Below, piece by piece: positions 28,193 through 38,088 of a DNA stretch of 64,000 nucleotides (the first letter of the stretch is position 1; every line of letters begins with the position of its first letter). Location of the stretch: the IMG/VR virus record IMGVR_UViG_3300035670_000036, one strand, 5' to 3'. Source of the stretch: an uncultured virus (IMG/VR IMGVR_UViG_3300035670_000036). Taxonomy: Duplodnaviria; Heunggongvirae; Uroviricota; Caudoviricetes. Below the pieces are notes generated by a model. The model ran no database searches. It was not told where the DNA came from and worked only from the letters and a program-made list of their open reading frames with translations. The position numbers were made by a program, and so were the translations under genes.

Positions 28193-30329
28193 AAGACCTA
28201 TCCCGGAAAAAACACTAGACGTATTAAGAAGTAGATATGGACTTTATGCTAAAGGAAGTAATTCAAATCCTAGTAAAAACTCAAACCCGGATTACTATAA
28301 ACCTAAAACTAGAAATACAGCATTTTGTCTTATAACTAAACAAGGCGTGACTGTATCTTCTAGGGAACATACTTTTAAACAAACATACAATCCAACCTCG
28401 TTAAAACCTAAGCCTAATTTAGTGCGAGCTGAAATAGAAAGAATAGGAAACGATGCATCTCTTGTAAATTTATCTATGAGAATTCGAGGCACTATCGAAG
28501 TATATAGTATGTCTGATTTTTTAAAATACTCACAGATATTTTGTATAAATGACCCAAGAAATGAATTATCAATAACCATGGGTTATGCCGCACCTTTTGA
28601 CGGATGTCCATCGTACACTGTTTCCGGGTGTTTTATAGCTTATGGCACTTGGCAAAGTACTAATGAAAATTATTATCAGTTATCATTTGAGGCTATAGGC
28701 CCTGGTGAAGTTTTTTCTACTATTGACATTGGAATATCGGGATTATGGGAGGAAACAGGTTTAGAGTATAAAAATCATAAATCATGGTTTCAGAAATATG
28801 AACCGGGAATCGTATCAGGATACTACGAACTCATGCTATATGACGCTCAAAAATCAGGTGCTTTTTTAACCGATGATATAGCAGATGGGGACATTATTCC
28901 ATACAAGACCATAAATAATTATGCCGATGATGTAGTACCCAATATACAATATCTAAACTTTAGAAATACACTAACTAAATATGATATAATAGTATATAAA
29001 CCTGTTGAAGGCAAGACCCTAAGTCCAGATCCGGAGGAAATACCTTCCGCTCAAACAACTACAGATGAATTCTTTACTCTACAGTACGTTGTAGATAGAT
29101 TGATAAATGAGTTTTCTTTATATCCATTTTACGAGAAATATACAGATTTAGATTCTAAAGTAAAGGATGTATATATTGGATTTGCCGCGAAACCTAGATG
29201 TTCTACTGTGTCTAGCGGAAATCAAACTACCGTAAGATCTTGTGACCCTAAGAAAATATTAATATTAGGAGGAGGAGCGGGTAATTATACTTATAAAAAT
29301 GATAGAAGTAAAGGTAAAAATTACGAGAATGTAATAGGATATTTTGATGGAGTTAAATCCCATTATGGGAGCTATATAGACTATAGGAAGATATTAATTC
29401 ACCGGAATGTAATTTGGGACGCGTTACAAGCAAATATGCATAACGTAAGTAAACCTTCCCCAGCAGCAAATCCAAAAAATGATTTTATTGTAGAGGAATA
29501 CTTAAGAGTTGACAGATTTCTAAAAAATCTATTTACTGTAATCAGTCAATGTACAGGAGGTTTTGTACAATTAGATTTAGTACAAGATGACGGAGGGCAG
29601 GAAAATGACGATTTAAGAAATCACAAAGTACTAAAAATAGTTCCCGCTACCTTTGTAGAAGAATACTTTGACGTATGGAAATTCGACACGCTTAATGGAG
29701 ATGGATCAACTAGAGAATTACAAATGACAGCAGAATTACCTTCTACCGACTTGCACGCTTCTTTAGTTAAGAATATATTTAACTCCTCTAGGCCAGGTTA
29801 CACCATAAGCACAGGTAATTCTAAAGACGGATTGAGCAATTTTGATTTAAAAAATATAGCAAATAAACTTTTAAATAATTACTATAATGATTTAATGCCT
29901 AGAACATATTATAGTGACGAAACTTGTGATGCAGCTAGAAATTTATTATCTAGTTTAAATAGAGGAAGATCTACAGAATCTTTAGTAGAAAACAATCAAT
30001 ATTTATGGTTAATGAAAATGGGGGTAAAAATGGATGGCGTTGGAGGATGGAGAATAGGACATCATGTAAATAGTAATACAGTACCATCTAGCTTCACTAC
30101 GGACAGAAATATTGCCTTTGTTGTAACTAGAGTACATCATGTAGTAGAAAATCAAGATTGGCAAACAGATTTAGATTGTATTTGTACAGTAATTCCTACC
30201 GGTACAAAAGTTATAGGACCAGGAGGTGATTTGCAAGAATCATCAGGTAAGGATGTAACTCCGGGAGGAGGGTCTAAAAAGTGGGGAGGAGGTGGAAGCT
30301 CCGGAGGAGGAGCAGGAGGTAGTTTTTGA
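28176..30329 (+). CDS. Putative baseplate hub protein
   Basis: Position after the LysM-like gene; C-terminal F.VTRVHHVV...WQT.L is typical of hub proteins. Confidence 0.45.
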   Translation: MAPPFRRPIPEKTLDVLRSRYGLYAKGSNSNPSKNSNPDYYKPKTRNTAFCLITKQGVTVSSREHTFKQTYNPTSLKPKPNLVRAEIERIGNDASLVNLSMRIRGTIEVYSMSDFLKYSQIFCINDPRNELSITMGYAAPFDGCPSYTVSGCFIAYGTWQSTNENYYQLSFEAIGPGEVFSTIDIGISGLWEETGLEYKNHKSWFQKYEPGIVSGYYELMLYDAQKSGAFLTDDIADGDIIPYKTINNYADDVVPNIQYLNFRNTLTKYDIIVYKPVEGKTLSPDPEEIPSAQTTTDEFFTLQYVVDRLINEFSLYPFYEKYTDLDSKVKDVYIGFAAKPRCSTVSSGNQTTVRSCDPKKILILGGGAGNYTYKNDRSKGKNYENVIGYFDGVKSHYGSYIDYRKILIHRNVIWDALQANMHNVSKPSPAANPKNDFIVEEYLRVDRFLKNLFTVISQCTGGFVQLDLVQDDGGQENDDLRNHKVLKIVPATFVEEYFDVWKFDTLNGDGSTRELQMTAELPSTDLHASLVKNIFNSSRPGYTISTGNSKDGLSNFDLKNIANKLLNNYYNDLMPRTYYSDETCDAARNLLSSLNRGRSTESLVENNQYLWLMKMGVKMDGVGGWRIGHHVNSNTVPSSFTTDRNIAFVVTRVHHVVENQDWQTDLDCICTVIPTGTKVIGPGGDLQESSGKDVTPGGGSKKWGGGGSSGGGAGGSF

Positions 30330-30353
30330 TACAGTATAAAAATTAAAATAATC

Positions 30354-30872
30354 ATGGCTAATTTTTTTTATACAGAAGGCGGTTTTCTATGGGATGAAAA
30401 TAACATGCCATATAAAGGATATTATTTCTATACTAACAGAATACCTTACGCAGGAATAAACGCGAAAGATACGAGAAAAAGATTATTTTTAGAATACGAA
30501 TTTAAGAGGAGGGTATATTCTTCTCTTGGTTCGGAGCCCATGGTAGAGTACATAAACATAAATCCGTATACCCCAACTAAAGAAGAAATAGAAGAAGAGG
30601 GCCTTTATTTTAAAAGATATTTCTACCAAAAACGAATAAAACCAGTAACATCTATAACAGAAATTAGTAAAGATGATTATTTTTCTGCTAAAAACTTGCA
30701 GGATAACAAAAATAGACTTATATTTGCAGAAATCTATTGGAAAGTCCGCGGAGACAAAGTTCAAGTAGCGCAATTAAACAGAAATGAAGTTTTAAATGCG
30801 GATACAACTTTTCCAGGACTTAAGAGGTTTATTGTAAATTATAATGAGTTTTATATAAATGATGGTTATTGA
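30354..30872 (+). CDS. Hypothetical (probable virion) protein
   Basis: 172-aa aromatic-rich ORF at the end of the baseplate block. Confidence 0.6.
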   Translation: MANFFYTEGGFLWDENNMPYKGYYFYTNRIPYAGINAKDTRKRLFLEYEFKRRVYSSLGSEPMVEYININPYTPTKEEIEEEGLYFKRYFYQKRIKPVTSITEISKDDYFSAKNLQDNKNRLIFAEIYWKVRGDKVQVAQLNRNEVLNADTTFPGLKRFIVNYNEFYINDGY

Positions 30873-32193
30873 GAAAGAGGATCAACTAAGGGAGATCCAA
30901 ACTAATTTTTCAGGTTCCTTTGTGTTTCCTATTCCGAAAGATATGTCAAATTTTTCGGAGGGGCTATCTATGTTATTTATACATGACTACAAATCAAATA
31001 AGTCATATTCAATAGCATTACAACATCAAGAATTTAAATCAAACATAACATTAGAAACATTACAGACATTATTATCATTTAATTATGTAATATCGTCATC
31101 TAAATATATCTTTGATTATTATTTCTCCAGTAAGTTTTCAACCGAGTTTCCATTACTATATTGGCTAAACAAAGGAGATACAGATTACTTAGAGGATTTA
31201 TATTCTTTTACATCTAAGTTCAAAAGATTTTATTATCCATCAACATCCTATAACATCTATATTCCATATTACATGTTCTTAAGATGTTTTAATAATCAGT
31301 TATCTTATTTAAGCACATTGGATAAGAAATCGTCTGTCATTGAAAAATATACATCTATTCTATCATCTTTAAATCATATTAGAGATAATGGAATATGCAT
31401 TGACATTCCTCAAATAAATGAAGTCTACAATAAAAAATTAACAACATCTTTATTACATCCTAAATACATGCTCTATAATGCCACAGGAAGGCCCGTAGGG
31501 ACATGTAATGGCATTAACCTTAGCGCAATACCAAAAGATGAAAAACATCGCTTAGGATTCATTTCTAGGCATGATAGAGGGATGTTAGTAGAATTTGATA
31601 TTAAGTCATTTCATTTATATTTGATTGCAAAGGCCATTGGGTATAAATTAGAAGAAGAAGATGTTCACATGTATCTGGCAAAGATTTATTTTAAGAAGAA
31701 TAATATATCCCCGCAAGAATATGATGAAGCTAAAAAAATGACTTTTTCTAATATTTATTCTGAAAGGGGGGATGCTAAAAAGATTCCTTTCTTTAACGCA
31801 TTGTATAAATATAGAGATTCGATATATAGTGAAATGGTTCAAGATAAAGAAGTTGTTGTTCCTTATTGCGTAAGAACTTTAAAACTATCGAATTTAAAAG
31901 ACGATTATTCCTATACAAAAGGAAAATTATTCTCTTATGTTATACAATTAATGGAAGTTGAACATTTTTTTGACATTATTAATAAAATTATTGTATATTT
32001 GCAGTCGAAAAAAACGCAAATCGTATTATATGTGTATGATTCTTTCTTATTAGATTTTGACAGAGAAGATGGATTGGAAACATTAAGGGGAATACAAAAG
32101 ATTATAAACGATTCTGGGTTTAACTCATCTGTGAAAATTGGAAAAAACTATTTTAACATGAAATCTTTTGATTTGGAAAACATGAAAGCATGA
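30859..32193 (+). CDS. Short, divergent family A DNA polymerase-like protein
   Basis: TGRP, INLSAIPK, motif A LVEFDIKSFH, motif B EAKKMTFSNIYS, YVIQLME, motif C LYVYDSFLLD. No clear exonuclease motifs. Confidence 0.75.
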   Translation: MMVIEKEDQLREIQTNFSGSFVFPIPKDMSNFSEGLSMLFIHDYKSNKSYSIALQHQEFKSNITLETLQTLLSFNYVISSSKYIFDYYFSSKFSTEFPLLYWLNKGDTDYLEDLYSFTSKFKRFYYPSTSYNIYIPYYMFLRCFNNQLSYLSTLDKKSSVIEKYTSILSSLNHIRDNGICIDIPQINEVYNKKLTTSLLHPKYMLYNATGRPVGTCNGINLSAIPKDEKHRLGFISRHDRGMLVEFDIKSFHLYLIAKAIGYKLEEEDVHMYLAKIYFKKNNISPQEYDEAKKMTFSNIYSERGDAKKIPFFNALYKYRDSIYSEMVQDKEVVVPYCVRTLKLSNLKDDYSYTKGKLFSYVIQLMEVEHFFDIINKIIVYLQSKKTQIVLYVYDSFLLDFDREDGLETLRGIQKIINDSGFNSSVKIGKNYFNMKSFDLENMKA

Positions 32194-32600
32194 TTGAGAG
32201 GAAACCTACAAAATTATTATGTACTTTTTGCCACCCGCATTTTATAGAAAGTACATTAAAGACTATTAGAAGCACCTATGATATAACAAACGATAGTGTA
32301 TTTGTTTTTAGAAATGCATCCGATAATGATGAACTAATTTTGAGTTACAATGTTATTAGAGAGGAAGACTTTACATTACTTCCATCTACCCTAATACTAC
32401 ATCGAAATAAAGAAACCGGAACTTTATTTACTCTAAATGGTCTTAACATACTTATAGAGCAATCTAATAACGGTAAACTTGATGTTAATTACAAGATTGA
32501 CTGGTATGCTTATGAGAACTGCTTAATAGTTACAGGATCTGATGGATTGAGAATAATTGACTTAAAGTTTCTTTACAAAAAGAATATTTCTAACATTTAA
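32190..32600 (+). CDS. Hypothetical replication-module protein
   Basis: 136-aa ORF coupled (ATGA) to the short polymerase gene. Confidence 0.7.
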   Translation: MIERKPTKLLCTFCHPHFIESTLKTIRSTYDITNDSVFVFRNASDNDELILSYNVIREEDFTLLPSTLILHRNKETGTLFTLNGLNILIEQSNNGKLDVNYKIDWYAYENCLIVTGSDGLRIIDLKFLYKKNISNI

Positions 32601-32611
32601 TTTATATAGTT

Positions 32612-33481
32612 ATGAGTAATTTTGCAGAACGTTTCAAACAAGAAGCGAGTAAACTTTCTAACTCCGGTCCTATAGGTAGAAAGAAAGGTAAAAACATTTT
32701 TGATTACATTTGGAGACCTACATCCGGAACTTCCACCATTAGGATAGTACCAAATAAAAGAGACCCTGAGTGGCCTTTTTATACGGTATATCTACATGGC
32801 AGAGATTACGCTACAAAAATAGGTCTAGCCAATTATGAGTTCGCCTCTCCTAAGACTTTCCAACAAGAAGATCCTGCCGAGATTTTTGCAAACAAGTTAT
32901 ACAGAGAAGATTATGAGAACAACAAGCAGTTTATTAAGTATTTCTCTCCTCAAAAGTTTTACTATGTTCCTATTCTATTAAGAGGAAAAGAATCTTCTGG
33001 AATTAAGGTATGGCCTGTAAACACTAAGACTTACGAGAAGATATTTAATATTATGAACACTATTTTTGAGGAAGAAGGAGAGGAATCTTCAAAAATCTTT
33101 GACTTAAAGATAGGAACTGATTTGGTTATCACCAAACCTTCGGGAGGTGGCGTAGAAATTACAGCGAAGAGAAGCCCGACTAATTTGATAGAGAGAGCGG
33201 AAGAAGGCTATACCATCGAAGATTTTAAGAGGCAATACGAGGAAATGGGAAATATTGAGGATTTATATATTACCCATACAAAAGAGGAGATTGAAAAAAT
33301 GGTAACTTCTTTGGCAGGATCTTTATTCTCAAAAAGCAAGGCTCCGGAATCAACTGAAATTATAAGAGGTGGTGGAAAGACGCAAGAAACTACAGAAGAA
33401 GTTAGGAATAAACCGGTTGAAAAACCCGTAGCTACTAAATCACTCGAAGACGATTTTTCTAAATTTCTAGATTCTATATAA
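32612..33481 (+). CDS. Single-stranded DNA-binding protein (T4 gp32-like)
   Basis: WRP, TIRIVP, PF...YLH, YYVPILLRG, GTDLVIT; acidic C-terminus LEDDFSKFLDSI; next to recA. Confidence 0.8.
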   Translation: MSNFAERFKQEASKLSNSGPIGRKKGKNIFDYIWRPTSGTSTIRIVPNKRDPEWPFYTVYLHGRDYATKIGLANYEFASPKTFQQEDPAEIFANKLYREDYENNKQFIKYFSPQKFYYVPILLRGKESSGIKVWPVNTKTYEKIFNIMNTIFEEEGEESSKIFDLKIGTDLVITKPSGGGVEITAKRSPTNLIERAEEGYTIEDFKRQYEEMGNIEDLYITHTKEEIEKMVTSLAGSLFSKSKAPESTEIIRGGGKTQETTEEVRNKPVEKPVATKSLEDDFSKFLDSI

Positions 33482-33493
33482 AAAAGATTAATT

Positions 33494-34672
33494 ATGGCAA
33501 AGAAAAAGGAATCCTCCCAAGAGAGGACTGACACATCTTTTGCATCATCTTTGATAGATGCAATAAATGCTAAGTACAAAAAAGACATAGGGACAGTAGC
33601 TTACAAGCTAGAAGACTCTACGCTAGCTCCTACAAATGTTAGCGACTTTGTATCTACCGGATGTACAACATTAGATATGGCTATCTCTAATAGAGAGAAT
33701 GGCGGGTACCCCGTAGGTAAAATTGTAGAATTGATAGGACTAGAACAGTCTGGAAAATCTTTATTAGCTGCTCACGCTATAAAAGAAACACAGAAGAAAG
33801 GAGGAATCGGAATTATCATAGATACGGAAAGTGCTGTGAGCAAGGAGTTTTTAACTGCGATAGGCGTAGATTTAAAAAAGAATTTTGTCTATGTTCAGCA
33901 CGAGGTTATTGAAGATGTTTTTAATTCCGTTGAAACCATCATAGAACAAATGAGAGCATCTAACAAAGATGTAATCGTAACTATTGTTGTGGATTCAGTA
34001 ATGGGCGCAAGTACAAAGGATGAAATTGAAGGCAATTATGATAAAGATGGATGGGCTACACAAAAGGCAATCATTATCTCTAAGGCCATGCGTAAACTTA
34101 CAAACTTATTAGGCAGAGAAAAGATTCTTTTAATTTTCACTAACCAACTCAGACAGAACTTACAAGCTAGACCAGGAATGGGAGATTCTTACACTACGTC
34201 AGGAGGTAAGGCTATCGGTTTTCACTCGTCTATAAGAGTTAAGTTAGTTAAGAAAGGAAAAATACAAGGTCCTGAAAAAGATTTACCTTTAGGTATTACT
34301 ACAGAAGCAGAGATTATAAAGAATAGAATAGGCCCTCCACATAGAAAAGCATCCTTTAATATTATGTATAACTCAGGAATTGATGATGTAAGTTCAATTA
34401 TGGATTTCCTAAAAGATAAAGGTATTGCAACATCTTCCGGAGCCTGGTACACTTATAAATACTGCAATAGAGAAACTGGAGAAATTTTAGAAGAAATAAG
34501 ATTTCAACGCAAAGATTTTCATGATAAACTATTCTCTAGGGAAGAAATACGCAAAGATATACTTTCTAGTATTTCAGATTATTACATAACAACCTACATT
34601 AAAAGAGACGGCAGCGACGAAGGAGATTCTACTCCATTTATTCACATAGAAGAAATGGAAGATGACATTTGA
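33494..34672 (+). CDS. recA: RecA/UvsX recombinase
   Basis: STGCTTLDMAI, GLEQSGKS, IDTESA, IVVDSV, FTNQLR, TTSGGKAIGFHSSIR, KNRIGPP, SGAWY. Confidence 0.95.
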   Translation: MAKKKESSQERTDTSFASSLIDAINAKYKKDIGTVAYKLEDSTLAPTNVSDFVSTGCTTLDMAISNRENGGYPVGKIVELIGLEQSGKSLLAAHAIKETQKKGGIGIIIDTESAVSKEFLTAIGVDLKKNFVYVQHEVIEDVFNSVETIIEQMRASNKDVIVTIVVDSVMGASTKDEIEGNYDKDGWATQKAIIISKAMRKLTNLLGREKILLIFTNQLRQNLQARPGMGDSYTTSGGKAIGFHSSIRVKLVKKGKIQGPEKDLPLGITTEAEIIKNRIGPPHRKASFNIMYNSGIDDVSSIMDFLKDKGIATSSGAWYTYKYCNRETGEILEEIRFQRKDFHDKLFSREEIRKDILSSISDYYITTYIKRDGSDEGDSTPFIHIEEMEDDI

Positions 34673-35684
34673 TTTATCAAAATTACTAGATAATCATAGA
34701 TTTATGTCCAACGAAAAGACTGTCCTTATAATAGATGGAACTAATTTATTTGTTAGATGTTTTTGTGCTTATCCCACAATAAATACAGATGGTCATACTA
34801 TAGGAGGTGTTTTTGGATTTTTAGAAAGTATGTTTTCTTTTGTTAAGACCTACAACATAAATAAAGTTATTGTTGTATTTGACGGACAAGGAGGATCTGT
34901 GAGAAGAAAAAAAATGTATAAAGGATATAAATCCGGCAAACACAAAGGACTTAAGTTGAATAGACTCACAGAAAATAAAACAGAGAGTACCGATAAAGAA
35001 TCAGAAAGACAAATTAGAAGACTTATAGAGTATTTGAATAATTTACCTGTTGTCCAATTAATTATGGATGGTGTTGAAGCGGATGATGTTATTTCCATAC
35101 TTGTAAACTCATCTGAATTAAATGATTATACTTATAAATTTATAATGTCATCTGATAAAGATTACCTACAGTTAGTATCAGAAAACATACAAGTTTATAA
35201 TCCTACAAAAAAAATCATGTATTCTCCAAAAAAAGTTGTCGAAGAATTTGGAATTATCCCAGAAAACTTCGTATATTACAAGGCTTTTGTAGGGGATCGA
35301 AGCGACAATATTCCTAGCTTTGGTTCTATAGGAGAAAAAAACATAATCAAGTTTTTTCCGGAGATAAGAAATACTAAAATAGAGGATTTAGATTTCTTCT
35401 ATAACCGAGCAAAGGATTTGATTTCAGAGGGTAAAAAATATAAGGGATTAGACAATCTTATTAGCGATTTCGATAAATTAGAATTAAACTATAAATTAAT
35501 TCAGTTGCATAATGTTGATGTCTCTTACCATACAAAAAGTGCAATAAGGAGAATATTGCAGGATTTTGTACCCTCTAGTTATGACTATGAATTTATGCAG
35601 ATGTTTGCGTTCGACGGGCTCTTCTCTAGGATTAACGACTTTGATTCATGGCATAGAAACTTTGTAAACAGATTAAAATCATAA
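34662..35684 (+). CDS. 5'-3' exonuclease / flap endonuclease (T4 RNase H-like)
   Basis: IIDGTNLF, VFDG, YK, EADDVI, SSDKDYLQL, GDRSDNIP..GSIGEK. Confidence 0.93.
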   Translation: MTFDLSKLLDNHRFMSNEKTVLIIDGTNLFVRCFCAYPTINTDGHTIGGVFGFLESMFSFVKTYNINKVIVVFDGQGGSVRRKKMYKGYKSGKHKGLKLNRLTENKTESTDKESERQIRRLIEYLNNLPVVQLIMDGVEADDVISILVNSSELNDYTYKFIMSSDKDYLQLVSENIQVYNPTKKIMYSPKKVVEEFGIIPENFVYYKAFVGDRSDNIPSFGSIGEKNIIKFFPEIRNTKIEDLDFFYNRAKDLISEGKKYKGLDNLISDFDKLELNYKLIQLHNVDVSYHTKSAIRRILQDFVPSSYDYEFMQMFAFDGLFSRINDFDSWHRNFVNRLKS

Positions 35685-35687
35685 ACA

Positions 35688-37058
35688 ATGACAGCCAATT
35701 TATTAAATTCTTTTGGTACGGATTTTCAAAAGAAGGTTTTGTACAATTTACTCAATGACGAGAATTTCTTTACTCGCATTATTGACATTCTCGATCCAAA
35801 TTATTTTGAGAACGAGGCTATGTCTTGGGTAGTGGAAAAAATGTATGACTATTATGAGACATATAAACTCCAACCCACAATAGATGTTTTGAAAATAAAC
35901 ATTAAAGAATTAGCAAACAAGGACGAAAATGATTCTCAAGCAGAGAGAAACAAGATTTTTGCCCAGAATATTTACATGTTCCTTAAGAGTTCCTTGGATT
36001 TTGCTGACTCAAAGGACTTACAACATGTCAAAGACAAAATTGTAGAGTTTTGTAGAAATAGAGAGTATGTAAAAGCACTAAGAAATGCTGTTGATTTAGT
36101 TAAAAGAAATGATTTTGATGCTGCTTTTTCTGTTATAAACAAAGCGCATAATGCAGGTTCTGAATTAGACTTAGGATACATGTATGAAGAAACTTTAGAA
36201 AATAGATACATGGAGGATGATAGAAATCCTATTCCTACTCCATGGCCTGTTCTTAATTCCTATATGAAAGGAGGTCTGTCTTTTGGAGAATTAGGTGTTG
36301 TATTGTGTCCGCCAAAGGGGGGTAAATCATGGTTACTTATATCTTTAGCTGCTCACGCTATGGAATTAGGGGTGAACGTAATCTACTATACCATGGAATT
36401 ATATCCTACTCAAATTTCAAAGAGAATTGACGCTTACATTACAGACATATCATTAGATAACTTGTCTAAAGATAACATGCCTTTGATTAATAAGAAAATG
36501 GATGAAATTCCAGGCAAGTTAATCATCAAGAAATATGGAGCGTACAAAGCATCTACAATGACTATCAGAGGGCATTTAGATCAGTGTATTCATCAAGGAA
36601 TTTCGCCGGGATTAATCATTATAGATGATCCAAAATTACTAAAATCTACAAAGACAGAAAAAAGATTTGCATTAGATGAAATCTTTACAGACATTAGAAA
36701 CATAGCAGATGAATATAGAGTTCCAGCATGGGTTCCCTCTCAAGCAAATAGAACATCCGAATCAGCTAAAATTGTAAATGGAGAACACATTGCAGAATCC
36801 TATAACGTTCTCATGGTATGTGACTTCATGTTCTCACTATCAAGAAAAAACATTTATCATATTGTAGCATCAAGATTAGGAGATTTAGGATTATCATTTG
36901 AAGGAACATTAGATACAAGATGTGGAAAACATGTCATTAACAATCTAATAGCAGATGTAGATGATGATGATAGAGGTCCTGCTCCAAAAAATTCAAGTGC
37001 CTTTGATCCTGCGGAAGTAGACAAGTTTTTTAAGGAGTACAATGAAATTTCAAACTAA
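35688..37058 (+). CDS. Replicative SF4 helicase (DnaB / T4 gp41-like)
   Basis: IPTPW..LN...GGL..GEL, Walker A PPKGGKS, YYTMEL, SQANR, IAES. Confidence 0.88.
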   Translation: MTANLLNSFGTDFQKKVLYNLLNDENFFTRIIDILDPNYFENEAMSWVVEKMYDYYETYKLQPTIDVLKINIKELANKDENDSQAERNKIFAQNIYMFLKSSLDFADSKDLQHVKDKIVEFCRNREYVKALRNAVDLVKRNDFDAAFSVINKAHNAGSELDLGYMYEETLENRYMEDDRNPIPTPWPVLNSYMKGGLSFGELGVVLCPPKGGKSWLLISLAAHAMELGVNVIYYTMELYPTQISKRIDAYITDISLDNLSKDNMPLINKKMDEIPGKLIIKKYGAYKASTMTIRGHLDQCIHQGISPGLIIIDDPKLLKSTKTEKRFALDEIFTDIRNIADEYRVPAWVPSQANRTSESAKIVNGEHIAESYNVLMVCDFMFSLSRKNIYHIVASRLGDLGLSFEGTLDTRCGKHVINNLIADVDDDDRGPAPKNSSAFDPAEVDKFFKEYNEISN

Positions 37059-37063
37059 GTAGG

Positions 37064-37071
37064 TATTTATT
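37064..37071 (+). promoter_or_regulatory. TATTTATT intergenic motif upstream of nrdB
   Basis: Recurrent motif. Confidence 0.3.
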
Positions 37072-37112
37072 CTTACCGAAAACAAAATTATAAACATTTA
37101 ACTTTTCACATT

Positions 37113-38078
37113 ATGCCTCTACTAAAAGAAAGATTGCATTTCAAACCATTTGAGTATCAATGGGCTTATGATTATTGGTTCAAACAGCAGAACGCCCACT
37201 GGTTGCATACAGAAATTAATATGCAAAAAGACATCAAAGATTGGGATGAAAATCTTACTAAATCTGAAAAAAATGTCATTGGTAACATCTTAAAAGGATT
37301 TGCCCAAACTGAAACACATGTAAATGATTATTGGTCTCAATACGTTACTACATGGTTTCCAATTCCTGAAATCAAGATGATGGCAGTAACATTTGGATCA
37401 TTTGAAACAATACATGCGACAGCCTATTCATATCTAAATGATTCTCTAGGCTTAGATGATTTTCAAGCATTCATGCAAGATGAGGCTACCATGAATAAAT
37501 TGCAAGTTCTGATTGATGTAGATAAAAATGATACTTCCATATCAAACATTGCAAGAAGTATAGCATTATTTTCCGCATGCGCCGAAGGCATTCAATTGTT
37601 TAGTTCTTTCGCGGTTCTTCTCTCTTTTAGAAAGTCAAACAGATTAAAAGGCATTGGCCAACAAATGATATTTTCTGTAAGGGATGAGAGTTTACATAGT
37701 GAAGCAGGATGTAAATTGTTTAGAGAACTAGTTAAAGAGAATCCTGACATCTGGACATGGGAATTTAAGAAAAGTATCATAGAAGGAGTTCAACTCTCTC
37801 TTGTAAATGAATTCTCATACATAGAGAGTATTTTTGAAATGGGAGAACTAGAAACCATATCAAAAGAAGAACTCAAGAATTTTATGTACGACAGAGCTAA
37901 TAGAAAACTAGTTGAATTAGGATTAGAACCCGTATACAAAGTAAACCCAAAATTAATGGAAGACATGTCCTGGTTTTACATTATGGTATCTGGTGAGCAA
38001 CAAACCGACTTCTTTGATAATAGAGAAACCGGCTACGCAAAACCTAATGAAGATTGGAACAGTGATGACTTATTTTAA
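37113..38078 (+). CDS. nrdB: Ribonucleotide reductase class I beta subunit
   Basis: KPFEYQWA, W...E, ETIHATAY (radical Tyr), EGIQLFSSF, RDESLH, TDFF. Confidence 0.95.
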   Translation: MPLLKERLHFKPFEYQWAYDYWFKQQNAHWLHTEINMQKDIKDWDENLTKSEKNVIGNILKGFAQTETHVNDYWSQYVTTWFPIPEIKMMAVTFGSFETIHATAYSYLNDSLGLDDFQAFMQDEATMNKLQVLIDVDKNDTSISNIARSIALFSACAEGIQLFSSFAVLLSFRKSNRLKGIGQQMIFSVRDESLHSEAGCKLFRELVKENPDIWTWEFKKSIIEGVQLSLVNEFSYIESIFEMGELETISKEELKNFMYDRANRKLVELGLEPVYKVNPKLMEDMSWFYIMVSGEQQTDFFDNRETGYAKPNEDWNSDDLF

Positions 38079-38088
38079 AATATAAACA

